Positions 60,792 through 64,000 of a stretch of DNA of 64,000 bases are shown here, piece after piece; position 1 is the stretch's first letter; each line of letters opens with the position of its first letter. Under the pieces are notes generated by a model that was not told the DNA's origin, made no database searches, and saw only the letters and a program-made list of their open reading frames with translations. The translations under genes were made by a program, and so were the position numbers. Origin of the DNA: Patescibacteria group bacterium (GTDB taxonomy: Bacteria > Patescibacteriota > Minisyncoccia > Moranbacterales > UBA2206). The stretch lies in contig JAKLFF010000001.1 of NCBI GenBank assembly GCA_022711335.1, forward strand, positions 405,754 to 469,753, in the 5' to 3' direction.

Positions 60792-63056
60792 TTAGGCTAA
60801 ATTATTCAAATACAAATCTTTTTTAATTACTTTCAATGTGCTTTGTCCATTAATTCCAAGAGGAGTGGTTGAAGCTTTAAAATAACTGATGATATCTCTT
60901 TTTGTTTGATTGCTACTAATATTTTGGACAATTTCTTTGATTTTTCCTGAATTTATATTTTCAGTGAAGGAATTTCTTTGTGATGTGGTTAGTGAACCAA
61001 AATCAAGTTCTTTTAGGGTATCTTTGTTTCCGGTTTTGAAAATATTTTCCGTAAAGCTATCATCGGCTATTTTGCCCCAAACAGCAGTGTATGCTTTTTG
61101 TATATTTTTATGGACCTCATCAGTGTTCAAATTGAATTTTCCACTGGTAGCAAGTTTGTCGAGAGAGTTTTCGATATTCTTTTTGTAAGCTTCTCCTTTT
61201 CCTTTGGCTTCCAAAAGAGTGTCCATGTTTATAGCTCGTTCACTAAAGGCTAATTCCAAAATATTTTCATTTGCAAACACATTGCTAGACCATTTTTTAG
61301 GATCGGACTGGTTGCTGTTTAGGTATGCTTTTATGGCTGATTCCCAATTCGCTGGATCTGATTTTAGGTGCGAGAAAGCTGTTTCTGGATCATAGGCCTT
61401 GAGTTTGTTGTTGATCTGATTGAATACTTGGCTATCTGTTCCAAATTCTTTGCGCATTTGTTCGTAAGCTATTTTGTCAACGCCTGAAGCGTAAAGCGCA
61501 TTTTTATTAGCCAATTCCTTAAGAGCGGCTGCTCTTACAAATTTGTCCTTGGAAGAAGCAAGTTGCCTTAGTTCGTCAGGAGTTTTGTTTTCCATATCAT
61601 TTCTTTTGGATTCATTTTCCACTTTTTGGGACAAATCTCTTTGATATCTAAGCCGGGCATCTTTTGAAGCTACTCCAAAAAGCCGATCTTGCTGGCTTCC
61701 GGCGAAAGTTCCTAAGCGATTCCTCCACCAGTCCTTTTGAGCTTCTTTTCGTCTGGTTCTATAAGATTCCCAGGCACCCATCGCGAATCCGGCCGGAGTG
61801 AGGGTTTTTCCGGCCCAGCCCATAAACTTCTGTCCCCTTCCCACCACCGCGCTGGCGCCGGCAATGCTCATAGTTTGGGCGGTGCCGATGCCGATCCAAA
61901 GAATCACTATAGGGATGGCGAAAAATGAAGCGGCAGCAATAAACCCAGGATCACTGGCACTTTGTCCTGTGATTGCATTCATCGAGCCTTTTGTATAGCT
62001 AATAGCCCCCATCATTCTGGTAGCAACAACGAGCATAAAAAGCATAATTGGACCAAAAAAAGCATATTTAAAGAGCATATCCCACCACTTGCTGGCATAT
62101 GAGGAAAGAAAAGGAACAATTGATCCGACAAAAGCAATGGAGGAAAAAATAACCAAAATAGTGAGTGCGACAAGTCGTATTATAAAGAGAATGGCAATGA
62201 TTAGAAGGGTAACTGCCAGAATAAAACTAAAAATTACGGCAGCAATAAGAAATGACAGATCGGCACCGATTTTTTGGGGCGGGTGAAGTATTAAATCCAA
62301 ATTAGAATTTTTAGCGATTTCCGCAAACCATGAACCAGCACTTTTATCAAAACCTAATGCTTTTGCAAAATAGTACATTATAATATTAGAAAAATCGATA
62401 ATGACTCTGGCAATTGGGAAACTGAAATTAACAAGAAGCGCCATGATAATCAGCGTTAGGAGAATTTTTTTGTAGTTGAATTTTTCAACCTGGAAAACTG
62501 TGCAAAAAGCAGAAAAAAGAAGAACTAAAATAAAAGAGATATTGAGAGTGTCTCGCACCATACCCCATATTTGATAAATTATAGGGTTGCTCATAACATC
62601 AGTAAAATTTTTTGCATCTAGAATCCAAATAAAAAGAGTTGAAGACACTTCCAACATTTTCTCTAAAAACAGAAGTACATAAAGCAATAGGCACTTTACA
62701 AAATTAATTAGAACGCTAAGACTTATAATATCTCCCATTCCCATTCCACAAACAGTGTCTCCCATCTGTTGTTGAACTATCTCGCCAGTTGTTTTTTTGA
62801 TTTCATCTGATCCATTATCGAATTTAAAATTAGCTGTTTGATTATTGGAATTACAGTATTGAGCACAAGCTTCTTTCGTGGGCTGATCAACTGGGGTTAA
62901 ATAGATAAAATTGCCTCGTTCCCAATCTTCTTTTGAAGCGCATTCACATGATTTAGCATGAACATGAGTAGAAAATCCAAAACCAGCCGCGAAGACAAAA
63001 ATGAAAATCGCAGCCAGAATAAGTTTTTGTTTTTTCTTTATATTTTGATTAAACAT
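60792..63056 (-). CDS. VirB6/TrbL-like polytopic inner-membrane protein with N-terminal Cys-containing ectodomain and long cytoplasmic C-terminal tail
   Basis: 754 aa: signal peptide + CxC...C...C domain, at least 6 TM helices in the middle (…ILAVTLLIIAILFIIRLVALTILVIFSSIAFVGSIVPFL…), and a ~300-aa hydrophilic tail. This architecture is typical of VirB6/TrbL channel subunits. Confidence 0.5.
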   Translation of the reverse strand: MFNQNIKKKQKLILAAIFIFVFAAGFGFSTHVHAKSCECASKEDWERGNFIYLTPVDQPTKEACAQYCNSNNQTANFKFDNGSDEIKKTTGEIVQQQMGDTVCGMGMGDIISLSVLINFVKCLLLYVLLFLEKMLEVSSTLFIWILDAKNFTDVMSNPIIYQIWGMVRDTLNISFILVLLFSAFCTVFQVEKFNYKKILLTLIIMALLVNFSFPIARVIIDFSNIIMYYFAKALGFDKSAGSWFAEIAKNSNLDLILHPPQKIGADLSFLIAAVIFSFILAVTLLIIAILFIIRLVALTILVIFSSIAFVGSIVPFLSSYASKWWDMLFKYAFFGPIMLFMLVVATRMMGAISYTKGSMNAITGQSASDPGFIAAASFFAIPIVILWIGIGTAQTMSIAGASAVVGRGQKFMGWAGKTLTPAGFAMGAWESYRTRRKEAQKDWWRNRLGTFAGSQQDRLFGVASKDARLRYQRDLSQKVENESKRNDMENKTPDELRQLASSKDKFVRAAALKELANKNALYASGVDKIAYEQMRKEFGTDSQVFNQINNKLKAYDPETAFSHLKSDPANWESAIKAYLNSNQSDPKKWSSNVFANENILELAFSERAINMDTLLEAKGKGEAYKKNIENSLDKLATSGKFNLNTDEVHKNIQKAYTAVWGKIADDSFTENIFKTGNKDTLKELDFGSLTTSQRNSFTENINSGKIKEIVQNISSNQTKRDIISYFKASTTPLGINGQSTLKVIKKDLYLNNLA

Positions 63057-64000
63057 TTAATATCTATATCTTCCCGACGAACTGCTGTTATATAGTGAAC
63101 TCGGACCATATTTGCTAAGATTGCCATTGACTTCATTTACAACTTTATCGGTCACTTGATTGACTTGCCGGTCAACTACGCTGGAAACGGCGCCGATCCC
63201 GGAAAGCATCGCTTTTGTGACAATATTGGAAACGACCGATGAAATTATTTCAGCCGGATGAGTGGCGGCGGCAATAATCTTGTTGCCCATGTCCTGGACA
63301 TTGGCCATGGTCTGGGCGGTGAGCGATCCGGGGGTGACAATAACTCCGTTTCTCATTGTTCCCTTGTATCCTTCATAAGCAACTGCTTGAGTGGAAGCTA
63401 TTTGTCTCTGATTTTGCAAATATTCCTGATATTTATTTTGGGCATGAATATCAAAAGCCCAAGGATTATTTATTCCGGACAAATAAAGATTCATTTTTTT
63501 GAAATTTCCGTCGCTAAACATATAAGCCGGGCTTTCTTCGTATGTTACTTTCGGATCAGTCCTTTCTGAAGTAGACTTTTTCCCGACATTTAGTAGTTCT
63601 TCATAATAATTTCCGGAAGAATAGGTTTCATCGTCAGATCCTAGCACCTTTCCGCCAAAAAAACCTTCATTATTTTTTGAATCAGACGCGCCGAGGACAT
63701 AGGAGCGGGGAACGGAAACATAGGAAGAATATGAACCTCGTCCCCGCGTCAGCTGGGACAGATAATCATTGACATATCTGTCGGCTTGGCGCTGGGGTTC
63801 GGTGATAAGGAAGCTTTCCCAATTGGTGATAAACATAGCGCCGGAACCAACAGTTCCGCCGATAAGCTTGCTGACTTGCTGGTCAAGCATCCTGGCGGCT
63901 TGCATCTTAAGAGTTCCCAAAATTATGCCATTGAGATTATAGTCTATTTTTTCCAAAGTTTGCTTGAATATCTGCCCTGGAATTTCGGTCCAGGCGAAAG
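63057..64000 (-). CDS. Hypothetical protein, 3' part only (gene continues beyond the window end)
   Basis: The open frame continues without a stop to position 64000. The track's Met at 63956 is a TTG. Hydrophilic, Ser/Tyr/Asn-rich. Stop-to-start overlap with the VirB6-like gene. Confidence 0.4.
   Translation of the reverse strand, partial: FAWTEIPGQIFKQTLEKIDYNLNGIILGTLKMQAARMLDQQVSKLIGGTVGSGAMFITNWESFLITEPQRQADRYVNDYLSQLTRGRGSYSSYVSVPRSYVLGASDSKNNEGFFGGKVLGSDDETYSSGNYYEELLNVGKKSTSERTDPKVTYEESPAYMFSDGNFKKMNLYLSGINNPWAFDIHAQNKYQEYLQNQRQIASTQAVAYEGYKGTMRNGVIVTPGSLTAQTMANVQDMGNKIIAAATHPAEIISSVVSNIVTKAMLSGIGAVSSVVDRQVNQVTDKVVNEVNGNLSKYGPSSLYNSSSSGRYRY

Noticed and set aside
1-64000. CRISPR array, rRNA or tRNA genes
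   Set aside because: I scanned for regularly spaced direct repeats and for T-loop-like GTTCGAATC/GTTCAAATC contexts with flanking stems. The only repeat clusters are inverted REP-like elements without a constant-length spacer architecture, and no tRNA cloverleaf candidates were found. Without tools I cannot exclude a divergent tRNA.

Overview
This window reads as a low-GC, gene-dense, mostly co-directional bacterial chromosome with a Candidate-Phyla-Radiation (Patescibacteria)-like gene repertoire. That lineage call rests on the lamin-tail-domain protein and the Cys-rich pilin-like proteins and is inference only. All protein calls were made by eye from motifs; no searches were run.

- **Housekeeping backbone.** Calls include fpg (partial), polA, a cyclophilin, tsaE, an NrnA-like DHH phosphoesterase, a tandem-fused GspE/PilB ATPase, ruvB, yebC-ruvC, PBP1A, uppP and trxB.
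- **Replication-origin neighbourhood.** The order is dnaN - DnaA boxes - dnaA - rpmH - rnpA - yidC - jag, with DnaA boxes in the dnaN-dnaA spacer.
- **Cell-surface polysaccharide genes.** A flippase, two GT2 glycosyltransferases and two O-antigen-ligase-like proteins sit together at 40.3-45.9 kb.
- **Likely accessory content:**
  - A >18 kb minus-strand operon (45.9 kb to the window end) encodes a type-IV-secretion-like apparatus: a VirB4 ATPase, a PrgI/VirB3-like protein, a VirB6/TrbL-like polytopic protein, and three VirB2/TrbC-like pilin proteins. Each pilin is fused to a different putative wall-degrading domain (lytic transglycosylase, HExxH metalloprotease, M15/LAS-like peptidase). VirB4 appears split into two ORFs by a hairpin-bearing insert.
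  - A 5-gene operon (19.8-24.6 kb) contains a 7-TM protein, four tandem RimK-type ATP-grasp ligases and a retropepsin-like domain.
  - A visibly GC-rich ~1.5 kb islet (30.7-32.3 kb) is flanked by ~85-bp direct repeats and carries two small ORFs and a zinc-ribbon protein. A HEPN/MNT toxin-antitoxin pair sits next to it.
  - A Fic/RhuM protein lies near the left end.
- **Dispersed palindromic repeat families.** Two of them are inserted in-frame inside tsaE, uppP and fpg, in the manner of Rickettsia RPE elements.
- **RNA genes and CRISPR.** No rRNA, tRNA or CRISPR array was seen. One GC-rich intergenic stretch (12.36-12.65 kb) is a candidate structured RNA.
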